From the human T2T-CHM13v2.0 reference genome, Homo sapiens: DNA of 64,000 bases. Shown piece by piece: positions 48,420-63,897 of the stretch (position 1 is its first letter; the number at the start of each line of letters is the position of its first letter). The stretch lies in assembly GCA_009914755.4 (NCBI GenBank), contig CP086569.2:8096001-8160000 (forward strand), in the 5' to 3' direction. A program made the translations under genes and the position numbers. Below the pieces are notes generated by a model, which worked only from the letters and a program-made list of their open reading frames with translations, was not told the DNA's origin and searched no databases.

Positions 48420-51400
48420 CATCTCACAGGCATGATAATGACTGCCAAATGTGGACCTCACAAATTGAAGTAATTTTGACTTTTATAACTTGCTGTTGAA
48501 ATATGAGTGATTAAATGTATTTCTGGTAATAAAAAATGTCAAAGAAGATTTTAACAGCCTCAAGTATTTTACAATGTACTCAGCTTCTACAGAGTTTTAT
48601 GACATAACCTATCAGGAAGGTGAAGTTGTGAGTATCATATGCACTCCCAGCTGACAGTGTAAGGAATGTCACTATCTTAAACATATGAAGACAACTGTCA
48701 CTCATAAGAACAAGTAATATGTGGTATTGCAAATCTTATCCTGGGAATTTTCTTCCTGTGTTCTTGTGATTTAAATTTTTTTGAAGCACCTGTGTGATTT
48801 GACACTCTAGTCTGGTTTCAGCCCACATATGTTATTATGGTATCTACCTGGGTCAACCTCTAGGTGATGTAACTCTCCTGCCTGGGCCCTGCTGTCAGTA
48901 AAAATCATGTCAATTCACTACGTTCAAGCACCCAGGTCATGTTGCATTTTTGACTAAGCCATGCCCACAGAAATTATTGTGACATATCACTGTGTCAGCC
49001 ACTTAGGTGATGTAACTCTCCTCATTAGATTGGGCTGTGCACAGATGATGGAACTCCTTTGCTAGGACCTTGTCCTAAAGAGGACATTGTGACAAATCTC
49101 TTGGCCTGTCCCCTAGGTGATGTAAATCCCTGCTTGAGTCCTGCCCACATGGAGTATTGTGACATAAGTGTGAAACCTGTAACTATTTGTTGTAACTCTC
49201 TTAACTGGATTTTGTCCTAAGGGAGCATTGTGACATATCTCAGGAACCAGCATAAAGGTGATGTGTCTCTTCTGCCTGACTTCAACTCACATGTTAGACT
49301 GTGTTATATACCTAGGGAAGCACCTAGGTGATATGACTCTTCTGCCTCAGCCTTGCCTACTTGGGACATTGGGCCATATGTCTGAGCCTGTGTCCTAAGT
49401 GTTGTGTCTCTTTTCTTCTGCCTGAGCCCTTACAATACAATGATGTGACATATTACTAAGCCCAATACTTAGATAAAATGACTCTTTTTTTCCCTGAACC
49501 ATGCCAATGAAAATAAATTTTGAGGTATTGCAGGGTACAGCACCCAGGTGATGTCACTTTTCTACCTGGGTCCTGAAGAAAGAGATAATTATGGCACATT
49601 GCTGGTCCCCTCACTCTGATGATGTAACTTTCCTGCTTGTACCAGAGCAACTGAAAGTATTTTTATATATATTGGGCCCATCCTGTAGGTGTTTTTACTC
49701 TCTTCATTTGTTTGGGCTTGTTTTTCCACATTTGGTATCATGTCATATTGCTAGGTCCAGCCTTCCAGCTCCCAGTTAATGTAACCCTCATTTCTAAACC
49801 CTGCCTAGATAGGGTATTATGACATATTGCTGGCCACAGCACCTAAGTTGTGCTACCCTTCCACCAAGTTTTTTTCTAAAACTGAGATTATAATATTTAC
49901 ATTGCTTCAAGTCAGTGGCATGATGATCAAACATAATTGGCATTCCACCAATAGCTATGTTTTATCTTTCATCGCTACACTTAGAACAATAATTATGGTT
50001 ATGAGTTGCATATTTGTACTAAGACCACAGAAGGTTACAACGCTATCTCACATTCTATCAAACTGGGTGGTTCACAGAGTTTTATAGAGCCCAGCAAAAG
50101 ATTAAAATCATGACCCTTGATTACAAATGCAGGTGAGAGCAAGTTTTTAGCATCTCATATTTACAAAGCCCACTATAGAATTTCTGACTCTAAAAAGTGA
50201 ACAAGGTATAACGATGGAATTGTGACTTTTATATGTAGATCTTGCAGCATATGAGATGGTGACTCATTTCTGGACTCAGATCAGAGGCATAATAATGGGT
50301 TTCCTGTCTGAATCCAGCCTGAAAGAGAGCTGTTGATTATCATAACAGGGTTTATATCAATCTGTATGTTTTCAGTCAAATAAGCATGTATGCTTCAGAG
50401 CGGTTTGTACCTCTAAGGTATTTTGCATAAAGCCTTCAGATGTTGTAGAGTGTCTCATAAGATGACCTAGAACACATGTGAGATTGTGAGACTTATACAT
50501 ACCAAAGTAACAGTTAAAGCTGTCATCTAAAAGATGAAGTAATTATATCTTATCACAAAGCCTAACACCCTAGTGCTGAGACTCTTGGCTTAGATTCTTT
50601 CCCATGGGTGATTTGTGAAATACTGCTGGGTTATAATCATAAAAAGGTGACTCTTCTGCATGGATCCAGCCAAAGGGGATATTATCACATATCTCTGGGC
50701 CTATCGGCTAGGTGATGTGTCTCTCCCCTCACAGTGTCCTCTCACAGGGGACACTGTGATATTTCCCTGGATATAACATCTAGATAATGTGACTTTCCTC
50801 TCCTGCCTGGATCTCACCTAATGAAGAAACTGTGACATACCACTGAGTGCAAAACTAGGTGGTGTGACTCTCCTCTTTGTGCTGGAATCTGCCTAAGAAT
50901 AAATTATAACATATTGCTGAGCCCAGCACCTAGGGAATGGGACTACCCACTATTTTTTCAACCCTGTATACGGTTGTCAAGATGATACGTTATTTGAGAT
51001 TGTGCACAGGTGATATGACTCTTTAGACTGGATCCTGCCTAAACAGAAAATATAATGTATTTCTGACTCAGGACACAGACGATGTGACTTTTCTTTCTTG
51101 TCTCTGTCCAAAGAGGAAATTCTAACATACACCTGGATTCAGCTGATATGCACAATAATAACTCTAATGCATAGACACTGCCAAGGGGGACACTTTGACT
51201 CTCATAGCCAGTTTATAGCCATGACTAAAGTCCTAGATCTGCCCCCGTGAGAATTCAGACAAAAGTATCCTAGTCAGGTGTATCATATAAAGCTGCATGG
51301 TACAAAGAGTGTCCTAACAGGCACCAGCAACCAAGTGTTATGCACATCCAGCTGACACAGTTGTCATTTTCACACATGAACAGAGCCTATGAATGAGTTC

Positions 51401-54400
51401 CAAAATCTCACACGCATAAGCAGTCAAAGCTTGAAATTGTTACTGTCATACATGAATCTGATCCACAGACGGTTTGGTAACATTTAAACTGTGATTTTCC
51501 AGATCTGTGGTGCTTTGCCTGTCCTACTGGAACACAACCTTCAATGTGACTGGGGCTCTTACACATGTATCTTGCCATTGTTGAGATTATGACTCCTTTA
51601 CTTCGACCCAACTCAAAGGAGATGTTGACTCTCATACCCGAAGCCAGAAGTTGTGTGAGAGTGTAAAATTTATTTCTGAACATTTTTGAATGTGTGATTG
51701 TGAAGTTTGACTTTCTCCAGCATCTGAGTATTTTGACTCTCCTTTCTAGGCCCAGAGCCTATAAATTGTGACATAAGTGCACCAGCACCTAAGCAATGTA
51801 TAACAACTTTTTGGCAATGCAACTAGGGGCACTTTTACATATCACTGGTACCAGCAACCAGCTGATGTGAAATCTTGGACTAAACCCTGCCTACAAAGAG
51901 GATTATGGCTTTTATCTAGATCCATCATGTAAATGGATGTGAGTTCCTTCTACTGCCTTGGCCCTGCACTTATGGTGTATTGTGATGTATAACTAGGTAC
52001 TGCACTTAGGTGATGAGAGACTTTTTTTGAGGGGAGTTCTGCTATTAAAAAGCTATGTAACATATCACTTGACTCAGGCCCTAGGTGATGTTTCTTCTCT
52101 CCTGCCTTGGCCCTGACCACCAGAGAGATTTTGACATATTATTGAACCCAGCACCAAGGTGAGGTCACTCTCCTGCCTTGATCTTGCACAGAAGGGCCAT
52201 TGTGACATATGTCAAGGCAAATTGCCTTTGTGTGATCTGTTTTCTCTCCTGCCTAAGCCCTGCCAGGAGGGAGGATTTAAATATTTCACTTAAACCAGAA
52301 TCTAGGTGATTGACTCTTCTCCAAGAGTCCCACCCACAAAGAGAATTGTGACATTTCACAGGACATGCATCCACATGTGATTTTCCTTTCCTTTCTTCTC
52401 CCTCCCCACAGGTGATATTGTGCCATATACTTGAGAGAAGATAAAAGGCCTAATAGTGACTCTTGTACCAGGAACCAGGACACTTGCCAGATTGTGACTC
52501 TCAACCCAAGCCTGAGCCTTTCTACAGGTGTTATTGTGACATTTGCTTTTGCCAAGCTCCTGAGTGATTTACTAATCCTATTTATAGCCCAGATATGACA
52601 TTTTTACATATAACTGGGACAAAACCTTGGTGATTTGACTTTTGTCTTAATAGGATCATCCAAAGGGGTCATATCTCTGGACCTATCATCTAGGTTTTGT
52701 GACTTTCCCGACTGAACCCTGATTAAAATGAAGAGTTTAGCATTTCTATGCACTACATCCAAATGATATGACCCTTGTGCCTGGGCTGTTACAACAGGAG
52801 GCATTGTGATGTATCTCTGGACCCATCATTTAGGTGATATGACTCTCCTCTCCTGCCTGGACACAGTACACAAGGGACATTATGCGATAGAGCTGGGCAT
52901 AACACCCAAGTTCTGTGACTTCTCTGCTAGGGCCTTGGCTACAAAGAGAATATTGGAATATTTCTGGCTTAGGATTTATGCGATGTGTCATCCTGCCTGT
53001 TTAGTAACCACAGAGGGCATGGTGACATACATACCTAGGTATAGCTAGCAGGCTTGATAATGACTCTCATATGTGGACACAGCCAACAGGAGAAATTTTG
53101 ACTCTTACAACTAAGTTTAGAGACATGAGTGAAGCAAAGCATCTCTTACTGTTAACAAAGTCACATAAGATTACAACACTCACACATTCTTTATAACACC
53201 TTTATGTTGTACAGAGAGTGTCATAAAAGGGCCTAGCACAAAGAGCAAATTGTGAGTCTCATATAACCACCCAGCTGACTGTAAATACTTTCACCATCAC
53301 AGATGGATAAAGTCTACTGTTCTACATGAAAACAAGACACATGTGGTATTGTAAATCTAATCCCTAGAATTTTATTTTATCATGACTGTGATATAAAACT
53401 TTTCAGTGCACTTTTTTGATTTCACTCTTCAGACTGGTTACAGCCTACATATGGGATTTTGATATCTACCTGGACCAACGTTGAAGTTTTGTGACTGTTC
53501 TGCCTGGGTCCTGCTGTCAGTAAGAATTGTGACATCATTGGATCCAGTACTTAGGTGATGTTACATTCTTGCCTGACCCATGCCCCCAGACATCCTTTTG
53601 ACATATTATGTTGTCCATCACGGAGATTATGTAATTTTCCCCACTGGAATGGTTCCTGCACACAGGGCAAGGGAGTGACATATGCATAGATCAGGTAAAC
53701 CGGTAATGATACTTTTTTTTTGCCTAGGCCATGCACAAAAGACAAGATTATGACATATTACAGGACCTGTTATATAGGTGATATGGCTCTTCTGCTTGAA
53801 ACATGCCCACTTGAATAGTGACATATTTCTAGACCAGGAACAAATGTGATGGTATTCTTTTGCCAAGGCCATGCTTTCAGGAAGGTTATGTTACATATCT
53901 CTGGGACTATCACCTAGGTGATGTGAATTCCTTCATGGGCTTCCCACATGGAGCATTTTATCATAAGGGTGGAACCTGCTCCTAGGTGATATAACTCTCT
54001 GGTCTTGGTCCATTACTAAAGGGGACTTGTGGATATCTCAGGACCCAGGAAAGGTGATGTGCCTCTTCAGCCTGGTTTTTTCCCACATATTAAATTTTGA
54101 CCTATACCTAAAGAAGAACCTAGGTGATATGGCTCACTTTTTTTTTTTAATTTTTTAATTTTCTTGCCTGAGCCCTGCCTATTAATGACATTGGGTCATA
54201 TCTTTGAGTCCACGACCTAAGTAATTTGACTCACTTCTTCTGTCTGGACTTTTACAGTGGGAGAATTGTGACATATTGAGAAGCCCTGTACTTAGGTCAT
54301 GTGACCCATCTTCTTGCTAAAGAGTGCCCAGGAATAGGACTTTTGCTCTATTTCAGGACCCAACACCCAGATAATGTTACTCTTCTGCCTAGGTCATATA

Positions 54401-57400
54401 TAAAGAGGAAATTTTGGCATATTGCTTTGCCCAGCACCCTAAGGATATGACTCTGCTCTCTATGCCAGGGCTACAGAAGGTACTTTGACATATCTTTGGC
54501 TTATTCTGTAGGTGTTTTGGCACTAATCAGTTTGCTAGGTTTCTTCCATGTGTTTTTGTGTAATATTGTAGGTTCCAGCCCTAGTTAATGTGACCTCATT
54601 TCTTAGGCCCTGCTTAGATAGGGCACTGTGATATATTGCTTGGCACAGCACCTTAATGATATTAATCTTGGGCCTAGATTTTTGCCCACAAATGGGATTA
54701 TGACATGTAACTTGCTTCAGTTCAAAGGCAGGATGATCAAGCTTATTGTGGGATTAAGCCAATAGGATATATTTTGCTTCTCACCCCTAGGTTTAAATCA
54801 ATATTTAAGGTCCTCCATTTCATGTTTGTTCAAAGATCACAGAATTTTACAACACTAACTTATATCCAGCATTTACAAAGCTTAGTTTTGAGGTTTTGAA
54901 TCGAACAAGTCAATACAACCCAAAGTTTGAATTGTGACTCTCATAAGTGAATCTGACTAAAGGTGAGATGGTGAATCATTTCTGCACCCAGCTCACAGAT
55001 CTAATAATGATTTCAACCCTGATGCCAGCCTATAGAAGACATGTTTTCTGACATACCTTGGTTAGGGCAATATGTAAGATTATGAGTCCATATAAGTATA
55101 TAGGCCTCAGAAAGTTTTCAACTCTCATGCATGTTGTATAAAGTTTTCAAATGTTGCAGAAAGTATCATACAATGGCAAGCACACTCAGGGGTTTGTGAC
55201 TGTCATATACACAACTAGAAAACAGATAATGGTGTCAAAGGTAAGATCACGAGATTATGTCATAACAGCAGATATTTTCACCTCTTGCTGAGCCTATTGG
55301 CTAGGTGACATTTCTCTCCTGCCAGTGCCTTGCTCACAGGTGACACTGTGACATATTGCTGGATTTAGCAACTAGGTAATGTGACTCTCCTCTTGTGCAT
55401 GGATCCTGTTCACTGAAGAAATTGTGACATACCACTGAGCACAAATTTTAGGTAACATGGCTCCCTTCTTTGTCGTGGGCTCTGCCAAAAGAGGGACTTA
55501 TTACATATTATTGAGCTCAGCATGCTTGTGGTGTAATTCTTTTTTTTTTTCTTTGAACATGTTTACATTGGGCATGGTGACATATTACCTGAGGCTGTAC
55601 TCAGGTGATGTCGGTGTGGGGGTCTTCTTCCTGGTTTTTCTACCCACATGTTAGATTGTGACATATAACTAGAAAAGTACATAGGTGATATGACTCTTCT
55701 TTTCTACCTGAGCCCTGCATAAAGGAGACTGTGGACAGTGGGTTATATCTCTGAGCCCAAGACCTGAGTGAAGTGACTCTTTTCTCCTGCCTAGTCTTTA
55801 CAATGGGATGATTGTGACATATTGCTGACCCCAGCACTCAGGTTATTAGACAAACAAAAATTTTGACGTATTGCAGGGCCCAGCATGCAGATAACATTAC
55901 TATTTTGCCTCTGTCCTGCATATATGAAGAATTATGGCATATTGCTGGGTACAGCACCCTAATAATGTGACTCTCATGCCTGTCCCAAAGCCATAGAAGA
56001 TATTTTGACATATCCTGGGCTCATTCTGTTGGCATTTTGGTTCTCACTTCTAGGTTTTTTCTTTTTTCACATATGGGATTTTGTCATATTGCAGGGTCCA
56101 AAACTCAGTTAACGTGACCCTAATTCCTATATCCTTCTTAGAGAGGACATTATGACATGATGCTTGACACAGAACTTAAGTGATGTTATCCTCCTGCCTA
56201 CTTTTTTGATCACAAATGGGACTCTGTCATATACCTTACTTCAGCTCACAGGTAGGATGGTCAAACTTATCCTGGGATTCAGCCAATAGGAGATATTTTG
56301 CCTTTCATCACTAGGCTTAGGGCAATAGATGAGGTCCTGTGTTTGTTTCATATTTGTATCAAGCTCAAAAACTTTACAACAGTAACTCATAATGAATACA
56401 CTTCTTGGGTTGTGCAGAGACTTTTATGACAGAGATCAGCAAAAGTTTAGATTGGGACTCTCCATTAGACACCCAGGTGAAAGCAAATATTGTCACCATC
56501 TCACATGTATAAAGACCACTATTACATTCCTGAGTCTGAAAGTCAATAGAGCACAAAGTCAGAATTGTGATCTTCATGTGTGGATCTGGCCACAAATGGG
56601 ATGGTGACTCATTTCTGGATCCAGCTCACAGGCAAAATAACAGGTCTAATCCCTAAACCCAGCCTAAAGAAGATATGTTGACTATTATATCTGTGTTTAG
56701 GACAATATGTAAAAATTCATACAAGCATGTAAGCCTCAGAATGGCTTGCAACTCTCATGAATACTGTATAAAGCCTTCAAAGGTTGTAGAGTGTCACACA
56801 TACAGTGTGATCTAGGAAACATGTGAGCTTGTGATTCTCCTATTCACACCCAGCTCACAGTGAATCTTGGAGTTCTGAAAGACCAGGAGTTCTGCATATT
56901 ACTAGGCCTAGTACCCAAATGTTGAGACTTTTAGGCTTAAATTCCTTCCTATAGATTAACCATGACATATCACCTGGTTAAAATCATAATAATGTGACTC
57001 TTCTGCATGGACCCTGAAAACAGGGAATATTTTTGCATATCTCTGGGCCTTTAAGCTCGGTCATTTGTCTCTCTTATTCATGCCCTGCCCCCAGAGGACA
57101 CTGTGAAATATCGTTTTACTTAATATTTAGAAAATGTGACTATCCTCTCCTGCCTGGGCCCTGCTCACCATAGAAGATGTGATATACTGCTGACTGCAAA
57201 ACCTAGGTGATGTGGGTCTCCTGCATATTGTAGACTCTTCCAAGATAAGAAATTAATACATATTGTAGAGCTGAAAAGAATTGGTGGAACCCTCTCTTTT
57301 TCTTCTTTCCTGTCCATGTGGGCTTCGTGACATACTATTTGAAGCTGTACCCAAGTAATATGACTCTTCTGAGTAGGCCCATCCAAAAAATGAGTATATA

Positions 57401-60400
57401 CTGTATCACTGGTTTGGCACCCAGATGATGTGATATGACTCTTCTGATTAGCCCCAGCCTACAGGTAAGACTATACTACATAACTGGCTCAGCACCCAGG
57501 TGATGTGACTCTCCTGGCTTTTTTCTGCTCACAGGTCAAGTTGTGACATATACCAGGTTTAAGCACACATGCACAATAATAATTCTCATACCTGGACCCA
57601 TCCAGTGGAGACAACTGACTCTCACAGCCTGTCTCATGGCCATTGGTAAAGTCCTGTGTTTTTCACTTGTATAAATTTCACGAACGATTATAACACTCAA
57701 GTATATCATATAAAGCCTTAATGATACAAAGATTGTAATAACAGAAACCAGCAACGAAGTGAGAATGTGACCCTTCAATGCACACCTAGCTGACATCATT
57801 GACATTCTCACACATGAACAGGGCCTAGGAATGAGGTAATAAATCTCACACACAAAAAGCAGTCAAAGGTTGAAATAATTACTCTCATAAATGGATCTGA
57901 TTTATGAGTGGTTTGGTAACATGAACCATGATTCAACATGCCTGTAGTGCTGTGACTCCCCTACTGGAAAATGATGTTCAAGTGGTATTGGCACTCTTAT
58001 ACATGGATCTTGCTTATTGTGGAGATTGTGACTGCTCTACTTCAACCCAACTCACAGAAAAAAATTTCATCACATTCACAAAAGAAAGACTTGTGTAAGT
58101 TGTGAAAGTTATCTCCAAATCTTTCTGAGAGTATAAAAAGGAGAGGTAACTTTGCTCAGCACATGAATAATCTGACTCTCTTTTCTAGTCCCAGACCACA
58201 GATTAAATTGTGCGATATGTGAAACAAGCACCTAAGCAATGTATAATTGCTTCCAGAGCCCCCACTGCAAAGGGCCCTTTTATGTATCACTGGGACAATC
58301 ACCCAGGTGATGTAAATTATCTGCCTGAAAACTGCCTACAAGGAGAATTGTGTCTTAAATCTACCCTGACCACAGGGAAATTGTGACACATTACTGCACC
58401 CAGCACTAATTTGAGGTCTCTCTCCAGCCTTGGTACTGAACATTAGGGTCATTGTGACATATACCTGGGCCAGTTGCCTAGGCTAAGTGAGTCTCCTCTC
58501 TTGCCAAAGTCCTGAACACATACTGGATTTTAATATGTCACTGAAAGCAGCATCCAGGTGATGTGACACTTCTGCCAGGGTCCTGCCCACAAAGTGTACT
58601 TTGACATTTTACTGGACCCACACCCACATAGTTGATGTGAAATTCTTGCCCTCTCTGGCCACAGGTGATATTGTGCCATACATTTGAGAATATAACACAA
58701 CCTAATGTTCAGGATGGTGACTCTTATTCTTAAACCTTTCAACAAGCCTAATTGTGACCTAAACCTTTGACCAGCTTCTGAGTGATTTAATAATTCTTCC
58801 TAGGTATAGTCCACAGATGAGGTTTTCACAAATACCTGAGCCAAGTATCTTGGTGATATGAATGTTCTATCTTAAAAATGTCCTTGGGGGAATTTTAACA
58901 TATTTCTGGATCTATTATCTAGATAACATTACTCTCCCTTCTGCTTTTACCCTGCTTAATTGTAGTTTTTCTAAACACTGCATCCAAATGATATTAATAC
59001 CTTGCTTGTTGGCTTTCCCAAAGGGAAGCATTGTGACTTATTTTGGAGCCCATCATTTAGGTGATATGACTCTCCTCTTCTCTCTGGACACTGCCCACAA
59101 GGGAAATTATGCCACAGAGCTGGACACAACACAGAAGTTATGTGACATTTCTAACAGGATACTTACTACAAAGAGAATACTGGAATATTTCTAGCCCAGC
59201 ATTTAGGTGATGTGGCCATTCTTCCTGCTTCATAACCACAGAGGAAATTGTAACATATATTTAGGCACAGGTCACAGGAGTGATAATGACTCTCATATGT
59301 GAACTCAGCCAATAGGGGATATTTTGACTCTTATAACTATGTTTGGAGACATGCATGACGTCCTACATCAGCTGCTTGTACAAACATCACAAAAGTTCAT
59401 AACACTCACATATATTTTGCTAAGTCTTTGGGTTATACAGACGCAGTCAAAACAGGGCTCAGCACGTAGCTGATGTGACTTTCTGCTTGGCCCTGCCCAC
59501 AGGGAGCATTGTGACATAAGTGTGGAACTTGCACAGGGAGCATTGTGACATAAGTGTGGAACTTGCACCTAGGTGATGTAACTCTCTTGACTGGGTACTT
59601 TTCTAAAGAGGGCTTGTGAATATCTCAGGACCTAGGACCAGGTGATGTGGTTCTTCAGCCTGGATTCTGCCCACATGTTAAATTGTCTAGGTATATGTAA
59701 TATACCTAAACAATAGGCATATTGTGACATATTGAGCCCAACACTTAGGTAATGTGACTTTCAACTTGTTGCTGAACAATGCCCATGAACAGACATTTTG
59801 CCATATTTTATGGCTCTGCAACCAGATAATGTTACTCTTCTGCCTAGGTCATGTATAAAGAGGGAGTTATGGCATATTATTGGCACAGCACCCTAATGAC
59901 ATGATCTCCTACCTGTGCCAGAGCCATAGAAAGTGTATTGACATATTTTTGGCCCAATCTATAGGTGTTTTTTCTTTCATCACTTTGCTTGCTTTCTTCC
60001 ACATGTGGTTGTTTCATTTACTAAGCTCCATCCCCCAGTTAATGTGACCCTCTTTACTAGCCCCTGCCTAATGAGGGCATTATTGTTCTGCACAGAACCT
60101 AAGTGATGTTAATGTTCTGCCTAGGTATTGCACACACAAAAAAATGAATTATGACACGTACCTTCCTTCAGTTCAAAGACAAAATGATCAAGCTTATAAT
60201 GGGATTCAGCCAATAGGAGACATTTTTCCTCTCATGAGTAGGTTTAGGTCAATAGGTAAGGTCTTTCATTGGATATTTATACAAAGCTCACAGAAGTTTA
60301 TAGAGCTAACTCATATCATAAATACTTCTTGTGTGGTACAGAGAGTTTCATAACATGACCCATCAAAATGTTAAGATTGTGACTCTCAACTACACATTGA

Positions 60401-61251
60401 GGTGAAAGGAAAAGTTGTGTCCATCTTATATTCACAATGCCTTTTGTTGAGGTCCTGATACTAACAAGTGAATACAGTAAAAAATTTGAGCTGTAACTTT
60501 CATAAGTGAATCTGGCCACAGGTGGGATGGTGACATTTCTAGACCCAGCTCATAGGCATAATAATAATCTCATCCCTGAAACCAGCATATAGGAGAGATG
60601 TTGACGGTCATGCCTTGGTTTAGTAAAATATGGAATATCATGATTCTATAGCAGCATATATGCCTCAGAGTGGTTTGCAACTCTCATTCATGAAGTATAA
60701 AGCCTTCAAATGTTGTAAAGGGTCATGCAGTGGCCCAGGAAACATGTGAGATTGTGACTCTCATATACACAGCCTTTGTATGTGTCTTTGAGTGTCACAC
60801 TCAAAGACAAGGAGACTTGGCATATTACTAGGCATAGTGCCCAGGTGTTAAGACATTTTGGCTTAAATTTCTTCCCATGGGTGCATTGTGACATATTGCT
60901 GGGTTAGAATCATAAAAATTTGACTCTTCTGCTTGGACCCTGCCAAAAGAGGATAGTGTTACATATCTCTGGGCCTATAAGCTTGGTGATTTTTCTCTCT
61001 TGCCTGGGCCCTGCCCCCATGAGACATTGTAAAATATCGTTTGGCTTAACATCCAGATCATGTTACCCACCTCTCCTGTCTGTTTTCTTCTCACCAAATA
61101 AATTGTAACATACCGCTGATTGCAAAATCTCGGTAATGTGACTCTCCTTTATATTCTAGACTTTGTCAAGAGGGGACTATTACATATTGCAGAGCCCAGC
61201 ACCTAGGTTGAGGTACTCTCCTCGTATTATCTTTTTCTATCAATAGCAGTC
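48420..61251 (-). repeat. Second block of the same satellite with the same higher-order structure, inverted orientation
   Basis: 48560-50600 aligns by eye to 11150-13320 at about 85-90% identity over 2 kb. Contains blocks C (48420-48800), A (49900-50600), B (51150-51770), C (53160-53440), A (54700-55250, with a ~130 bp internal deletion), A (56200-56950), B (57560-58200), truncated C (59330-59460) and A (60160-60870). Array ends at the L1 tail at 61252. Confidence 0.6.
59501..59568. repeat. Perfect 34-bp tandem duplication inside a truncated C block
   Basis: agggagcattgtgacataagtgtggaacttgcac occurs twice back to back. Confidence 0.9.
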
Positions 61252-63897
61252 TTTATTATTATTATTATTATTATTATTTAATTTTTATGGTACATATGCA
61301 CAAAGTGCAGGTTTGTTACATATGTATACATCTGTCATTTTGGAGTGCTGCACTCATTAAGCAGTCATTTAACATTAGGTATATCTCCCAATGTTATCCC
61401 TCCCCCATCTGCCCACCCCACAACAGGCCCCAGTGTGAGAATGTTCCCCTTTCTGTGTCTATGTGTTCTCATTATTCAATTCCCACTTATGAGTGAGAAT
61501 ATGCGGTGTTTGGTTTTTTGTCCTTGAGATAGTTTGCTGAGAATGATGGTTTTCAGCTTCATCCATGTCCCTACAAAGGACATGAACTCATCACTTTTTA
61601 TGGCTGCAAGGTAGTCCATGGTGTATATGTGCCACATTTTCTTAATTAAGTCTATAATTGTTGGACATTTGGTTTGGTTCCTAGTCTTTGCTATTGTGAA
61701 TAGTGCTGCAATAAACTTATGTGTGCATGTGTCTGTATAGCAGCATGATATATAATCCTTTGTGTATATACCCAGTAATGGAATGGCTGGGTCAAATGGT
61801 ATTTCTAGTTCTAGATCCCTGAGGAATCGCCACACAGACTTCCACAGTGGTTGAACTAGTTTACAGTCCCACCAACAGTGTAAAAGTGTTCCTATTTCTC
61901 CACATCCTCTCAGCACCTGTTTTTTCCTGACTTTTTAATGATTGCCATTTGAACTGGTGTGAGATGGTATCTCATTGTGATTTTGATTTGCATTTATCTG
62001 ATGACCAGTGATGATGAGCATTTTTTCATGTGTCCTTTGGCTGCATAAATGTCTTCTTTTGAGATGTGTCTGTTCATATCCTTCACCCACTTTTTTATGG
62101 GGTTGTTTTTTTCTTGTAAATTTGTTTGAGTTCATTGTAGATTCTGGATATTAGCCCTTTGTCAGATGAGCAGATTGCAAAAATTTTCTCCCATTCTGTA
62201 GGTTGCCTGTTCACTCTGATGGTGGTTTCTTTTGCTGTGCAGAAACTCTTCAGTTTAATTAGATCCCATTTGTCAATTTTGGCTTTTGTTGCCATTGCTT
62301 TTGGTGTTTTAGACGTGAAGTCCTTGCCCACGCCTATGTCCCAAATGGTATTGCCTAGCTTTTTTCTAGGGTTTTTATAGTTTTAGATCTAACATTTAAG
62401 CTTTACTCCATCTTGAAATAATTTCTGTATAAGGTGTAAGGAAGGGATCCAATTTCACCTTTCTACAAATGACTAGCCAGTTTTCCCAGCACCATGTATT
62501 AAATGGGGAATTGTTTCCCCATTTCTTGTTTTTGTCAGGTTTGTCAAATCTCAGATGGTTGTAGACATGTGGCATTATTTCTGAGGGCTCTGTTCTGTTC
62601 CATTGATCTATATCTCTGTTTTGGTACCAGTACCATGCTGTTTTGGTTACTGTAGCCTTGTAGTATAGTTTGAAGTCAGGTAGCATGATGCCTCCAGCTT
62701 TGTTCTTTTGGCTTAGGATTGACTTAGCAATGCGGGCTCTTTTTTGGTTCCATATGAACTTTAAAGCAGTTTTTTCCAATTCTATGAAGAAAGTCTTTGG
62801 TAGCTTGATGGGGATGACATTGAATCTAGAAATTACCTTTGGCAGTGTGGCCATTTTCACAATATTGGATATTGATTCTTCCTACCCATGAGCATGGAAT
62901 GTTCTTCCATTGTTTGTATCCTCTTTTATTTCATTGAGCAGTGGTTTGTAGTTCTCCTTGAAGAGGTCCTTCCCATCTCTTGTAAGTTGGATTCCTAGGT
63001 ATTTTATTCTCTTTGTAGCAATTGTGAATGGGAGTTCACTCATGATTTAGCTCTGTTTGTCTGTTATTGGTGTATAGGAATACTTGTGATTTTTGCACAT
63101 TGATTTGGTATCGTGAGAATTTGCTGAAGTTGCTTACTAGCTTAAGGAGATTTGGGGCTGAGCGGATGGGGTTTTCTAGATATACAATCATGTCATCTGC
63201 AAACAGGGAAAACTTGACTTCTTCGTTTCCTAATTGAATACCCTTTATTTCTTTCTCCTGCCTGATTGCCATGGCCAGAACTTCCAACACTATGTTGAAT
63301 AGGAGTGGTGAGAGAGGGCATCCCTGCCTTGTGCCAATTTTCAAAGGGAATGTTTCCAGTTTTTTTCCTTTCAGTATGATATTGGCTGTGGTTTTGCCAT
63401 AGATAGTTCTTATTATTGTGAGATACATCCCATCAATACCTAATATATTAAAAGTTTTTAGCATAAATGGTTGTTGAATATTGTCAAGGCCTTTTCTGCA
63501 TCTATTGAGATAATCATGTGGTTTTTGTCATTGGTTCTGTTTATATGCTGGTTTACATTTATTGATTTACATATGTTGAACCAGCCTTGCATCCCAGGGA
63601 TGAAGCCCAGTTGATCATGATGCACAAGCTTTTTGATGTGCTGCTGGATTTGGTTTTCAAGTATTTTATTGAGGATTTTTGCATCAATGTTCATCAGGGA
63701 TAGTGGTCTAAAATTCTCTTCTTTTGTGTGTCTCTGCCAGGCATAGGCATCAGGATGATGCTGGCCTCATAAAATGAGTTAGGGAGTATTCCCTCTTTTT
63801 CTATTGATGGGAATAGTTTCAGAAGGAATGATCCCAGCTCCTTTTACCTCTGGTAGAATTCGGCTGTGAATCCACCTGGTCCTGGACATTTTTTGGC
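61252..63897 (-). mobile_element. LINE-1, 5'-truncated (ORF2 C-terminal half plus 3'UTR) with a (TAA)n tail (as (tta)n, 61252-61280); no TSD found
   Basis: The tail tttattattattattattattattattt is followed by the L1 3' end aatttttatggtacatatgcacaaagtgcaggtttgttacatatgtatacat. ORFs 61476..61916, 62396..62860, 63036..63464 and 63458..63694 (all minus) are ORF2 C-terminal and RT pieces. L1 homology stops at about 63897 (...cctggacattttttgg); 63898-64000 is neither L1 nor satellite. Confidence 0.85.
63036..63464 (-). pseudogene. LINE-1 ORF2 RT fragment
   Basis: ...[83 protein letters not shown]... Confidence 0.85.
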
